From contig OX597814.1 in NCBI GenBank assembly GCA_951406725.2, positions 145,018,001-145,082,000 of the forward strand: 64,000 nt of DNA. Direction: 5' to 3'. The notes beneath the pieces are model-generated. The model made no database searches. It worked only from the letters and a program-made list of their open reading frames with translations, and was not told where the DNA came from. Below, one piece after another: positions 12,050 to 26,654 of this stretch; position 1 is the first letter of the stretch, and each line of letters opens with the position of its first letter. The DNA comes from Octopus vulgaris (Eukaryota). Both the position numbers and the translations under genes were made by a program.

Positions 12050-12460
12050 AGTAGCAGACTGGCAGAATCGTTAGAAAGCTGGGCAAAATGCTCAGCAGTA
12101 TTTCTTCCGGTTTAACCTTGATCCTAGTTCCGCTGAGGTCAACCTTGTCTTTCACACTTTCGGGGTCGATAAAACAAGTACTATTCAAGCACTGAGATTG
12201 ACGTAATCCACTAGTCCTCTTCCACAAATGTTTAGGCCTTCTGCCTGTAGTAGAAAGAATTATTATAATTTTTGAAAACGTCGAACTGGCAGAGTCGTTA
12301 GAGCGTCGGACAAAATATGTATTTCTTCTCACTCATTACTTTCTGAGAGCAAATTATGCCCAGTCAACTTTGCCTTTTCCCTCTCAGGAGGAAGGTTCAA
12401 TGTACTTGATTTGGCCCCTCCCTCTAAAATCGCTGTCATGTACCAAAATTTGAAAAATTG
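12050..12460 (+). mobile_element. Two degenerate SINE family B copies
   Basis: CTGGCAGAATCGTTAG..CTTTCGGGGTCGATAAAACAAGTAC near 12060, and CTGGCAGAGTCGTTAGAGCG..CAACTTTGCCTTT near 12286. Confidence 0.65.
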
Positions 12461-14509
12461 CTATTGTTTCGCATGACGTGGTTGAATAAATTATAGTAGG
12501 ACACCGGACAGTACTACTTTATAAAATCCACGCTCAAATTTTGCTCGGTAGACATTACTTTTTATTCTTCCGAGGTTAATAAAGTAATTGGACAAAATAT
12601 AAATACATATAAATGATACAGGAAATCAGACAACTTTAATAAAAAAAAAGTACTTTTGAATTCAGAAGACTCTTTTCGAAGACTATTGACGAATTTAAAT
12701 TCAATGAAATGTTTATTGTGGGTAATGCAGAATACGCACTGCGTAAATATAATGAACATAATTATCTTGAATTAAAAACGTCTGAAATTTTTTTACTTTG
12801 ATTTTGCAAATTAAACTATACATTTGAGTGACGTTTTGTATAATGAAAAAGCATTAACTATGAATGTTTTGTGACATGTACTTCTCAGCGGCTTTACATT
12901 TTTTTGGCCTGTAACACTTGGTGTTTAAGGAAGGTCTAAAGGTGAGTCTTTAACATGAATAAATCACTGCCAATACAAAAGTCAAAATATAACACAGACA
13001 TTTTTTAGTTTCACTAATCGTATTTCACATATAAAGAAATCGATATTGAAGGACACAATTGGTATTTATTACTTATTTCTCGATGCATAACTCTTAGTAA
13101 GGTCATGAAAGCAAACATTCCGTTCTATAATACCCATATAAAATATTATAAATGTCTTCAACAATGCAGTCAAGTCAATTTGGTTTTGTTGAAGTTAGAT
13201 GTCCAAACATAATAGTAGCGCAGATAGTAACTCGCTGGTAAAATGCCAGGACTAATGCACGCTCCTGCTATGTTTGATACCTGTCAGTAATTCAGTGCTG
13301 CAATTCACATAAACAGACAAGTATATCCATACAAAGCTAGGTGATCAATTCAAGCATCAACATTATTTACAGAAACCAATATTTGAACGGAAGAGTAATT
13401 ATTGACAGTGATAATTAACCAAAAAATGTTATTTCAACCGGTTTACGAGTTTTAAATCTATTTGGAGAGACTATGCTTGTGTAAGCACGATTAAGTTTGT
13501 TAAGCGGGGAAGTGAGATAATGTTCTGAGGCTTACGGTTAACTAGGGAACACTTCAATAATAGATTCACGTGTTCAATATCTTTCTCATGTCATTATCGC
13601 AACTTACACTAGACTTTAATTTTTATCTTGACCAACGACTAGCTCTGCATGATTTTTTTTTTATTTGTCTATATTTATAAACTAACCGAGTGTTTTAATG
13701 ACCATAAGTAGTAGAACTAAATGTGTTTTGGAAACCACGGTACTGGAACAAGATCAAAAGCTTTGCGACCCAAACGCAAGCTGTGTGGAGACCATAGAAA
13801 TACATCCTCTTTCATTGCAAGGAAAACTAAACCGAAATTGAAAGCCAATGATATCAATGTATGAAGCGAAGCAGAAATACAAGATCAAATCTGGTTTACT
13901 GCTGAAATGACAGTCTGATTGGATACGGTCAAAAAGTGATAAAGTAACTGCAATCGAAGTGTTGACAGAGTATTGCTTGGATACACTTAAAGATGTGTCA
14001 TGTTCGGAGAGTTCGATTGTAGTAAAGAAAGTTTTAAACAAAAATCTAGTGAACGCAATGATATTATGAAACATCAATCACTGTTTCCTGCATAAATAGA
14101 TCTGACGATATTTCCTGAGTACAAAAGGGAGCAGAGGAACATTACTAATTAAGTTTAACATAAAACGAAATCAGCGGTGTATTATTCACATGTAACAGTT
14201 TACAAAACACCAACGTGAAGTGCCTCAGAGCAGAGACACATTGATTGATCTATGTTATTAAATCTATATGGTGTAGGATTCTAGCTGAAGCGATCAGTAA
14301 AACAGTAACTTAGTAACAATATTATAAAAAATGAGGTTAAAAGCAATAGAAAATGCGATGATAAAATACACTGAAAATTGATTGTAGTTGTAAAAAAACA
14401 ATAATACAAAAGAAAATACTTTTATAAAAAACAACTAGCTACTAAAGTAATTGCTATAGCATATATACATTTTACACTGCTGACCTGATGCTTTAACAGA
14501 TATCAAAGA

Positions 14510-14570
<61 letters not shown>

Positions 14571-16730
14571 CACGAACACGCTATCTTAAAAACAGACTAT
14601 TTGGCATTCACAATGGGTTTTGTATGTGATTATATAATATATCTAGTTATCATTCTATCTATCTGTCTATTTATCTAGCTATCTGTCTGTTTGTACATAT
14701 GTATTAAATAGCAACAGTTGAATCGCATATCATATTGCTAGCTTTAGAAACCCATCAATATAGCGAGGTTTGCCGATAAATACTCTGAGGTCTCAAAAAA
14801 TAATACGAAAGAATAGACGGAACAAATCTATAAGCTGAAATAGTTCCAATAGTTGATTGGTTACCAAGCAGATGCTACTGTACAGACCAATCCAATCTCT
14901 GTATATGGGATCGAAACCTCTCTTGGGTACAACTAGATCAAGTAACGACGATTTAGCTAGTTGAAAGTTTTCAATAGGTCAAAATTGAGGTGACCGCTAA
15001 TAAAGTCACAGTAATAAAGTCAATTTTGGCGAGGAAAAAGTCACAATTTATGGGATCCGGACAAAATTCCCCTAAGACAACCCCCCCTCGGGCACCCCAC
15101 CCCCGGACAAAACCCCTGTGGCTTTCTTACCGTGACATTTTCCCCTGTGGCATTTTTACCTGTGACTTTTTTTCTGCATTCAAATAGATTGGAATCGCAA
15201 TGAAACTGGATTTTGTTAGTCGCTCTCTCCATGATGAAACGCATCAAGTGTAGATTTCTGTGAACTGATAACACTAACAACTACAATAACGTCTTAGATT
15301 GCTCCTTTATTAAAATCTTAACTTATTTGTTCTGCAAATTTATCAGCTGGATATTATAGGTAGCTTATACTGTTTGCGTCCTTCCTCAGAAGTGTCATTA
15401 CTCGCCGTTTAAATGAAAATGATCCCGTCTGCTGTCAGTTAGATATATGCCAAAACATCTTCGAACAGTTTTCACTTCTGCGTATAATTCGTGAAGTATA
15501 TCATCAAAATCAAGTGATTTGAGTATGGAAGATCCACTCACGGTCAGTTATTAGCATTTTGTAATAAACATAATCCTTTGCTAAGAACCGAAGCAGTCCA
15601 TGAAAATGAAAGTAGGTATGAAAGTCTATCTCTGTCTCTGGGCAGCCAGTCTTCCTGAGTAGTTGATCATAATGGCACAAAAAACGGCACAATTGGAAAA
15701 GTATAGGATGCGCTCTTCGTGGTCCATCATTGACCGAGAGTTACCTTTGTTGTCATACCTCACATTGCCATCTTATCCCATCAGATCACATATATTCCTT
15801 CGTGACAAAGTGCAGTTGCTTTAACCTGCATACCACAGTTCGTGTCACGAGTTGAACAAAATATTTAGCGCCATTCTCACACTCCACTAGCACATTTGTA
15901 GTGCTGCTAATCGGTCTAAGCGTGAAAATCGTAACTGCACAGTAATGCATGCGCCAACCCTCTTCGTGACACACGAAGAAACAAACGAATAAAGCGAGTC
16001 CTACAGACTGTACCATGAAACATCCACCCTACCGATGCCATTTGTTACCTTTCTACAACTCTTCTACTATATTATTCTGAGAAATCAAGCTATGTACCAC
16101 CTTACCTAAACCTGTTTTGTTTACTTATCTGTCTTAGGATTCTTCATCGACCTAGAAAAAAATATACTTGGCCATTCGAAGACTTCTAAAAGTGAAACTT
16201 CTCAAAATGAAACCTTATTGTTTGAAAACAAGAGCATACATTAAAAACACTTTGGAAAGGGATGGTCATGGCTAAAATGCCTTCAGCCTGAGAGAACATT
16301 GAGCTAAAAAAAAAAATACAGTAGCAAATATATGTTTAGATGATGGTCCTCGGAACTGCAGTTCTCTGCAGTTTCTCATTTTAGCAAGCATGTGTTTAGT
16401 AAAAAGCGCTAACATTTAGGTGTTCAAGCCGTATAGCAATCATACCAACCTCACTAAAAGTGGTATGGTCTTGTCTTGGATTATACTATTTATCTTTTGC
16501 GTCAGTCAGTGGACTTCGGTCATGATGGGTCATCGTCTTGAAAATTTAATCGAATAAATCGACAGCAGTACTTCTTTTTTTTTTCAAGTTTTGTACTTAA
16601 TCTATCAGAGACTTAGTCCGAACTATTAAGTTATAGATGTGAAAGCAAGCCAGCACAAGCTGATAACTGATATGGAAGACAAGACAGAAACACAGAGACA
16701 AAAAGATAGATATATAAATAAGATAAACTC

Positions 16731-16780
<50 letters not shown>

Positions 16781-16984
16781 TCTAGAAGAGAAGTACTTCG
16801 TTTGTTTTTTACTAAGTAAAAAATCTTCTGATGACTGCTGGAGTGTATTTTTTATAATGGTATCTTGTAGGTCAGCGATTTTATTACATGGGAGTATTTA
16901 TTCAGGATGTCATGGGTCGGAAGGCATTGTTTTATTTTTACACACACACACACAGATATATATATATATGTATGTATGTATATA

Positions 16985-17147
16985 GATAAAACTTACTTGG
17001 AAAAGGATGCGTGGCGTTCGATCATATAATAATATAAATAATATATAAATATATGCATATATACATACATATATGTACAAATAAGTTTTATCTTAATAAT
17101 TACGATGTGCACTCTTCTATCTTTACTATCTCTTCTCTGTCTATCTG

Positions 17148-17178
<31 letters not shown>

Positions 17179-17790
17179 TGTTCTTCATCCTTTCTGGTTT
17201 TCTCTTCCACCCTTCCCTAGTCTTCTACTCTCCTCTTCACCATTTCCTCTCACTCATCCTCCTCGACTCTCTCGTCGATGACATGTGACAAAACAGAATC
17301 TATATTTCTGACTACTACCTTCGTAAAAACAACAACGTGCTTATACTGTCTCCTTCATAAGCTCGTCCTCCTAGCGTTCAGAATTTTTCTATCGTCTTGG
17401 CTTAACAGCCCTCAATGTTAATTTTTACTGTTTTGTTCTCACTGTCCTGTTCTTGTTACCACTTTCACCCTCCGCAAAAAATACCAAATTTTATTTAATT
17501 TGCTTTGCGGGATGGATTGTTTCAACGAAGTCGCGTCTTGTCCTTACCTTCGAAATGCGAAGTAGCTGAAACAGGGACAATTGAAGAAGGGGAATATTCT
17601 TTATGCTGTCTGTCTCCTTTCTCTCTTAGTTTTTTTCGTTGTTCGAAAAAAGTTCATTTCTATGATTTTGTCCTTGTTTTCGTTCCTCATTGTGTTCAAC
17701 GTTTTTTTTGATGTCCTGTACCCGTATATGCATGTATATGTAGGTATGTACATGTATGTATATATACATATATTTATATATTATTTATAT
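16985..17790. repeat. Dispersed repeat also present, mostly inverted and internally deleted, at 57000-57410
   Basis: 17085-17160 and 17540-17790 match the reverse complement of 57000-57360. 16985-17040 matches 57350-57402 directly. Confidence 0.75.
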
Positions 17791-17829
17791 TATGTATGTA
17801 TATAGTTGTTTTAATTGTATGCTATGTGT

Positions 17830-18960
17830 TTTTTTGTAAACATGTATTTTGTCTTAAAGTTAATTTGATTTCTATAAAGTGTTCGTTACATTCATGATTA
17901 CATGCATAATGCTTTTGTTCCTCTTGTCTATTTCTTTATTATCATTATGTTTTTAGTCGAGTACTGCTTGTTCGAATATCTTGTTGAGTAAGGCGGCGAA
18001 CGGGCAGAAATGTTAGCACGCCGGGAGAAATGCTTAGCGGCATTTCGTCTGTCTTTACGTTCTGAGTTCAAATTCCGCCGAGTCGACTTTGTCTTTCATC
18101 CTTTCGGGATCGATAAATTAAGTACCAGTTGCGTACTGGGGTCGATCTAATCGACTAGTCTCCTCCCCTAAAATTTCGGGCCTTGTACCTAGAAGAGAAA
18201 AGAACTGTCATAACCAGACGGCGCCATATACATTCATTACGAAGTTGACCTCGGCGGAATTTGAACTCAAGACGAATTTGAATGCCAGACGAAATACCGC
18301 TAAGTATTTCGCCCTGCCTAGGCACAAAGCTCGAAAACGATTTTGCCAGCTCGCCGCCCTGTAACGAAGTAAATATTGGTATTTATGATTGATATTGACA
18401 ATATATTATCCCTCAAATTTCTAACTTGATATTGTAGTTTTATTTGAACTTTTGTCTTATTTTGGACGTATTTTACTTGCAGATGAAGGTTGGTTCCAAA
18501 ATTTAGGAGAATGATTCAATGTGTGTTAAGCGAATACTGTCATAAGTTAATAAATTTATCTACATCTGTGGATAGCATGCTTTTTTTCTTTAGTGTATTT
18601 CGTTTCTTCATATTCTTCTATCTACTGTGTCTAGAGGGCGATGCTTGTGTGCTTCTTAGAACAGAGTATATATTACTTAAATGTTTTTCACTTTCTGATT
18701 TATCTGTTTTCTTCTGAAACTGTATAATTTCTGCTCCTATATTTTCAATTGTTTGGACTACTTTTTTTTTACAATCAAGTTTTTCTGTAGTTTTATTTTT
18801 GTATATACGGAGAACAGGTTGTCTGTTTAAAAATGTATTGAAAATACGACTATGTTCTAATTTAATCATTTTTATTAAAGTTTTCTCGTGTCTTCTTATC
18901 AGACCCCTATAGTTTGCTTGGAAAAATCAAATTCTCAAATTCATATTTATCACTATTTCA
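17830..18960 (-). mobile_element. Degenerate Penelope-like ORF N-terminal/pre-RT region interrupted by SINEs
   Basis: Minus-strand pieces LIRRHEKTLIKMIKLEHSRIFN, FINL*QYSLNTH*IILLNFGTNLHLQ and a broken DK...VIM stretch resemble PLE N-terminal motifs (INLS..L..GL, DK..V+M). Confidence 0.45.
17992..18360. mobile_element. SINE family B: full plus copy (17992-18203) and partial minus copy (18245-18360)
   Basis: GGCGGCGAACGGGCAGAAATGTTAG...GAGTTCAAATTCCGCCGAG..CATCCTTTCGGGATCGATAAATTAAGTACCAG. Confidence 0.85.
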
Positions 18961-20059
18961 AGGCAATGTCAGCCTCATCGTCAATGTGAAGTGGTTTTTA
19001 CTTCTGTGTAACCATGTATGTATATATGTATGCATGCATGTATGTATGTGTGTATGTATGTATGAATGTATTTGAGAAGATATCAATGGCACGCATAAAC
19101 AGTACACATAATAAATGAAGATAAGACTTTCATATAATAGAAATAGTATCATAGACAAATAAAATATGAAGAAAATACTCTGAACAAATTTTATCTTTGA
19201 AAGCAAATCTTTGGGGAAATCCAAAAATAATACTGCAAAACCGAAAGAAAGAAAAAAAAGAAAGCATTACCACATATAATGACCATATCGCAAACGCAAG
19301 TTTGAAAAGAAAACACTGATAAAAGGAACAGTTGATAAAATGATGACGTATAGACAATAAATTACGAATAAGTATATTTAACACATGTGATGGAGAGATA
19401 TTGAAAAAAAAAGTATGACATTGACATTTATTTCTGATTAGGTAGAAAATAAGTCATGACTCAAGAGAAATAACGAAGAAGAACAAACAATATCCTAATA
19501 TTTATATAGAAATATATGCGTATAAATACATTCTAATTCGTGCACAGAGCAACACACATCAAAACGCGTCTATGAATGATCGTATGTATGTATACGCAGA
19601 GACGCGTGCACACACTTATGTATATTCAATGATATTATTATGCCGTAGAATCTAAGAAACCTTGCTGAAAGGAAACACTATCCATTCGAAGTTCAGTAAA
19701 AATGTGTAAAGGTGTCTTAAAATATTTGTAGCCTATTTATTTTTTATCTCTTTTATTGATTTGGTAGAGTGGAATAGACTGTATCCACGGCCTTCGCAGA
19801 CCCCCAGAGACCACTAAGATCGATGCAGATAACGTTGCTCTTGAACATTTGCGACGCATTTTATCTTCATTAATTGACCCATTTCCTAGTTGCAAAATGT
19901 GTTTTCAATAGGGCTGCGATAGCTAAAATATCTTTTTAATTCCCAGAGCTAGCACGGATGAGTACCTTTGATGTCTGTCAGAATTTGCCAAATGAAGAAA
20001 AGTGCGCAGTACAGACTGTTACTTTCACAAATTAATGTTTTCTATTATGATTCTACTAG

Positions 20060-20580
20060 AGAATATGGTAATTATAGAGGAAGTTTTTCGTTTTCTACAG
20101 TATAAAATGTCTTCAAACAGAATTCCATTTGCTCATTTAGTAAAACTTGTGTATTTTAAAATCATATGTCAGTCGCAATGTGGTTTTAGAGCTTCTAACA
20201 ACAGTACAAATGATATGATATTCACATCAAGGCAATACTTCTAAAAAGTATATTGAACGACATCAAGTGTATTGACCTAACAAAGGTTTTCAATATGGCC
20301 AATAAGCGTTTTGGATGATAGAGAATGTCCATCTAGATTTTTCAACTAATGTATCTGAAAGGTCAATTTGTTTTCAGTGTATCACTTTCTCGTTTTACAT
20401 TTGGTAAAGGTATAAAACAGATTTACATAGATGTCCCTATACACGATGACGATCAATATTTCATGTTTTTCAGCGATAACATGTCGGGCTCTCTTTATTG
20501 TATAGAATTCCAAGAAAAACTATTTGATTTGCAGCGATTAAAAGTATGGTCAAGTGTCGTCGTTACACAACATTTTTAGT
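20060..20580 (+). mobile_element. RTE (BovB-like) reverse transcriptase remnant
   Basis: SQCGFRASNNSTNDMIFTSRQ, IDLTKVFN and KLFDLQRLK match RTE motifs SQCGFR..ST.DMIF..RQ, DLTKAFD and KLFNL.RL. Confidence 0.7.
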
Positions 20581-21257
20581 TCGAATGTCTATCGGTATCA
20601 CTTTTACTCGCACGAAAATGGGCTGGTCGGAGATATGTATACATCCTGCCTCCACTATGCACATCACCTCTTCTCCAAAACACATTAGTTCAACCACGTA
20701 TCCTTCCTCTGCTTATAAACTTCCCCGCGTGCCTTTCTCCCGAGAGAGAGGCGCTCTTATGTATTCACAAAACACCCAGCCTCTTCCTTTCTTAACTCTT
20801 TTCTATAGAATCGCATTTCCACTGCATCGCTTATCCTTTCATTTTCTTTACATTATATAATGTACGAAACGTCAGAAACCAATTTCCCTTTAATTTTCAA
20901 GCATAGGACTTAATAATACCTTTGTGGAAACTTTCCCTCTTTTACTTTTTCTCATTTTTCTTGCTTTTGCTCATCCATCACATACACACCATACACATAC
21001 ACACATTTTTGTACGCATGTGTGTGTGTGTGTATGTGTGTGTGTGTGTGTGTATGAGGATTTGGTTGTCCGATCAGCTTCTCCTGAATCATCGTCTAAGA
21101 TCTTAAGCATCTCACAGATGATCACAGACGCGTATGCTTTTAACGTAATTCTCAGGTAGAATCAGAATGACAGAATATTTGACATAACAGTACCTTTGAA
21201 TTGCAATCAGACGCTATGCAACGAGTTTTGTATAAGTTTCTGTTGACTTACGTAAAG

Positions 21258-21420
21258 TAGGCGTAATATGGTCAAATGGTTGAAAAGTTTGTTTCACAAT
21301 TACGAAGTTCCGGAATCGTTCCCATTGCCTGCCAACTTGGGCAAGTGTCATTTTCAAAGCCGCAGGTCGACTCATCGCTTCCGAGTGAAATTGGGTAGAG
21401 AGAAACTGCATAGACGTTTT
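21258..21420 (+). mobile_element. Old degenerate SINE family A-like head
   Basis: TGGTCAAATGG..CTTGGGCAAGTGTC..GTGAAATTGGGTAGAGAGAAACTG. Confidence 0.5.
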
Positions 21421-21612
21421 TTCGGTACATTGTACTAGTAATGTAAAATCTACGCACTTGTCATACACTGTACCATGTTGATTCTCTCTGAGAATTACAT
21501 TAAGGTTTAACTTGTTTGTGGAATACTCAGCCACTTACACGTTAATTCAGGAGCAGGTAATTCAGATGATCGAACAAGTGAATCTTCATCATCGAATGTC
21601 GCAGATACATTA

Positions 21613-21671
<59 letters not shown>

Positions 21672-22727
21672 CTTAATACGTTCGTGTACACTCGGATGTG
21701 GAAGAACCTTTCTCTGCGGAAATAATCACGAGGGAAAATACTCTTCATAAACAATGTGTCAACGCATATTACACTATGAATGAGGTTATCGTAAGACGAC
21801 TGTTTTTTTATTTCGATATGCATCATCAACCACCGACACCGAATTTGTCGTTCATAGCTCACCGAGTACGGTCGGTCTCTTATATTAACAGCAAACAGTA
21901 CATTTGCTAATGTGAATAAGGTTTAGTAAAGCGGGAATTAATTAACCAGAAGCGCATGAAATAGCGCTGATGGCATATAGGTGTATGTACAATTATATTA
22001 ACACGCTAATCTAACCTCTGACGTGAGAAGACCATTCGATGCGGAAATATTCTCGAAGGGAAAGAATTCTCATATATGTATAAAGAAATGCATACATATT
22101 CACCAACACATACACAGAAACACACGAATACTCATAGATATACATATAGAGTCAACAGATGAGATCAAGAGAGTCTCCGTATGGAAAACACTTATTAGCG
22201 CTCAAATAATTCGAACTTACACTCTTCTATGTTCATCGAGGACCAAGTCAGCAGGGTGTATATATATATTTATACTTGATTGTTCATCATCTGAAAATTT
22301 GAGTCTGCCTTCTCTGTTTACATGTATACATGTATATATATTTTGTACATTAAACCCCAAGATTAAGTCTGTTTATTTGAATCATTGTCTGTATGTATGT
22401 ATGTATGTATGTATGTATGTATGTATGTATGTATGTATGTATGTATGTATGTATGTATGTGTGCTTCTTTGTCCGCGTCTATATGTGTGAGTGTGTTTGT
22501 GGGTTCCGTTCTTGAACCGGGTTCTGTGTTGGCTTTTGTGTAAAGCAATTCCTTTTATGATACCGTAGTTTCCTTCAGTTGTTACGAGGTGGCTGGTTCA
22601 CTTGCCCAAGAGTAGAAGGGATGAAATGGTGTGCATATTTGCTCGCGACAACATAGAGACCTACAACAATTATCGATACTATGCTCTATGTTACGGAATC
22701 ATCCTCAATTCCAAGCGACGTTCTTAG

Positions 22728-22804
<77 letters not shown>

Positions 22805-23841
22805 CGTGTGTGTTTGATCGTGCCTCCGTGTGTGTATGTTTACATACGTGCACACACCTGCACAAACACATATACAACGGTTTCAGATTCGTCCAAAATT
22901 GAAACCGATCTGCAGAGGGCACCTGCATCACATAGCGATCTACTTGCTAGAAATAGCCATCAAATCTCTCTTGTGAAACTTTATAATATATGCACAGATC
23001 ATGAATATAATATCTTTGACAATTTGTCCTCCTGATATAGGTAATTTGGGCGGAAACAGAAAAAGATGACTACAAATTGAAACACAACTAATAGTTATAA
23101 TGGAATTTGAACAGGGTTGTTTATGAACATATTTATTTTTATTATTTGAACGAACTTCCGACATGGCTGCGAGAAACCTGTACTAAAAAAAGGCAATTGC
23201 TTACTATGATGGGATTTACAAATGGAAAGGAAAGACACACAAAAAATCTAATGAGCAGCCTCCCTCAAAATAATAAAATGATCGAAGCCAAATTCACAAG
23301 ATGTCACTAGATGTTGATAATGGTAGTAGCTAGTCGGTTTGATGTGATTGTCGGCCAACTGTCTGGAGCCTTGTTAGTTCGTAGATCGTCACAGGAAACC
23401 CGCCGCGTTTATAGATAACGAATATAAATTTCGAATGCCGCAATCCACTTAACTGCAAATAGGTATCAGGATCAAAAGCAATGGATCATTACCTGAATTA
23501 ATGAGAGCAATGTATAACAGATGAGAGTTTGTTTTTGCAGCTCATAAACTTGCAAGATCTGGTTTCAGACACTGACATAGGTATAGCCTGGCGCAGAATA
23601 GTCTGTAAATAGGTTGAAATAGGTGACTGGCAGACTATCGTTTATTGATTATCACTAAACCACGTCTTTCTGCATCCAGTAACACCCCTACCATCAATTT
23701 TCTTTCCAATCACCACCACTAACAACTCCGCCATCACATCAATAACAACAAATCACCATCACTTCAGTTGCGTGGTGGTTGCTGCTGTTATTACCATGGA
23801 CATCTTTGCGAAAATACATTTCGTTTTATGAGAGATTTCTC

Positions 23842-23906
<65 letters not shown>

Positions 23907-24974
23907 ACGTTAATAAAATTAACTCGGGAAATTGGAGGACATATTCATTTTATATTTTTATTTTATCAAAAATGAATTCATTGTTAGAACGAAAAACAAA
24001 ACAAAAAGAAAGACAACAAAACACAAAAATATAGAATACGAAAGAATGAAAAATAAAACCAAAAATCAATAATTATTGATTCTATTAACTTTCCTAAATT
24101 CACGTTCTTTATCATTCCTTTTCCAAAAACCATATCGTTTTATATTCAGGTCAACATTCTTTTTACAAATTCATTCTGCTAATGTAGCTTCAATCAAATC
24201 AAATTTTAACTGCATTTTATTTTTGTCTCTTTCTTCTTTACATTATTATTGTCTCACAAAATCTTAATATTTCTCAGTACGGATTTATTTCTCAAGAATT
24301 TGATAGTCAATCAATCAATTTAACATATTTTGTTAATTTCTTTTCCTTTTCTTATTCTTTATCATTTTTCTTATACTAAACTCTTTTATATTTTCCTTTT
24401 TTTGGTTTGTTTCCTCGATTTTGAAATGCTTTTCTTTATGTTTTTGCTTGTTTTATTCTACCTTTTTTTAATGTGACATGTGGCAGTGTCCTTTCAATAA
24501 AATAATTAATTGTTTTCTTTCTTTAAATCTTTTAAATCTTTTGAGAATGACCCCTCTCTCTCTCTCCAACGCATACATTACATATATACATATATACATC
24601 TATACATACATTATATACATACACACTTATATTAACTTATATGCATATATAAGCACACACACACACACGGACATACACACATAGACACGTGCTCGCATAC
24701 ATATATGTATATTCCCCACACCCAGACACATACATATATATACTTGTGTATATACATGACAATATACACCCATATATATATATCTGCATGCCCTATTATG
24801 TATATATTTGTGTCACTTCATATATGTATATATATATATATATATAATTAATAATATCAGGGTAATAAAGGGTTTAGAAATGTTTACTACCTGTGGCCTA
24901 GCGAGTAGAAAAATTTGTCAATAGACTAAATAATATTCATATAAATACAGTGTACATTGTATATATATATACTT

Positions 24975-25362
24975 TGCCCAAACGACCTGAACATTAGCTT
25001 CAAGGTTCATTCAAGACTGGGACTACGGGCCATACGTACCCTGCCCAATTCGAGATCACAGCATACATGTACACTGCAACATAATTTCTTTTCCTGAACA
25101 GGCCCTTCCTTATTTAACATTGTCCCGAAAGAGATCAAAGAGGCAAAGGATCCCATCAACTTTAAACGGAGTCTGGATAGATTCCTTCAAGGAATACCAG
25201 ATATATACACACTTATATTAACTTATATGCATACAACTCACCCAACAAAAACTCACTACTTGAATGGACCATAAACAAAACCTGACTTAAACATGATTTA
25301 GATAATCCTATCAGGTGGTGCTATTAAGTTAGATATGGCCTGGACCAATCTTTGGTCGAAAC
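24975..25362 (+). mobile_element. CR1/L2-group LINE 3' fragment (diverged relative of the 59-63 kb element)
   Basis: PNDLNISFKVHSRLGLRAIR...GPSLFNIVPKEIK...FKRSLDRFLQ...NSLLEW, plus the same 3' motif CAGGTGGTGCTATTAAGTTAGA.ATGGCCTGG. Confidence 0.85.
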
Positions 25363-25365
25363 ATA

Positions 25366-25780
25366 TACTCTTTTACTCTTTTACTTGTTTCAGTCATTTG
25401 ACTGCGGCCATGCTGGAGCACCGCCTTTGGTCGAGCAAATCGACCCCGGGACTTATTCTTTGTAAGCCCAGTACTTATTCTATCGGTCTCTTTTGCCGAA
25501 CCGCTAAGTGACGGGGACATAAACACACCAGCATCGGTTGTCAAGCAATGCTAGAGGGACAAACAGAGACACACAAACATATACATACACATACATACAT
25601 ATATATACATATATACGACAGGCTTCTTTCAGTTTCCGTCTACCAAATCCACTCACAAGGCATTGGTCGGCCCGGGGCTATAGCAGAAGACACTTGCCCA
25701 AGATGCCACGCAGTGGGACTGAACCCAGAACCATGTGGTTGGTAGGCAAGCTACTTACCACACAGCCACTCCTGCGCCTA
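25366..25780 (-). mobile_element. SINE family A, full length
   Basis: Minus strand has A-box TGGCTGTGTGG, B-box GGTTCAGTCCC, CORE-like CTTGGGCAAGTGTC, an internal microsatellite, and tail GAAACAAG(TAAAAGAG)2. Confidence 0.9.
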
Positions 25781-26424
25781 TCTAAGTTTTATCTAAGCTT
25801 TATATATATGTATATGAAAAAATGTATAAACAATTGACGTAGCGTATACTGAATGTAAAAAAGAACGGGAGACAAACAGAAGGTCCGTAATTCTTCGTCA
25901 GTTATCCACCAACTGGTAATATTCAGTTTCGTACCTTTATAGTTAAGACTGAGTGCTTCCCAATTGGCGGTGCACGCAAAAAGATTTCTTGCGTAGAATT
26001 AGGGACAAGAGCAAAAAGAAAAAAAACACACAAAAAAACAAGCAAACGACACAGAGTGTGATTTAGGATGGTGGAGTGGGACGAACTGTCGCACAAAATA
26101 CGACCTTGGGGCCAAAGAGATGAGAATAGAGGGTAACGCTTAGAAAATGTCTTGAAGGATGGAGAACGGAGAGAGAGAGAGAATTTTGCAACTGGTCAGC
26201 TACGAGACCAGTCTAAGAAATATATGTCAATATATGCATGTGCATACAAATATATATATACAGGAAGAGGAACTGGCCGCTGGTCACGTTACAGCAGCTG
26301 GCAGAGAAGAAAGACAACAAAGAGAGGGAACGACAGAGGAAAAACAAGGAAAGAGACGAAGGGGAAGGAGAAAGACTAGGAATACAAGAGGGGGAGAGAG
26401 ACAAGGAGTAAGTAAAAACACATG

Positions 26425-26488
<64 letters not shown>

Positions 26489-26599
26489 CATAAGCGCGTA
26501 CATATCTTTACTCACACAGATAAAGGTAAATCTTCCTATACATAGTTATGTATATATAGGTACACCGACATATACAGATATATGTAATATATGTATATC

Positions 26600-26654
<55 letters not shown>

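Noticed and set aside
15360-15760. Faint Mutator-transposase-like peptides on the minus strand
   Set aside because: Motif order is inconsistent and similarity is too weak.
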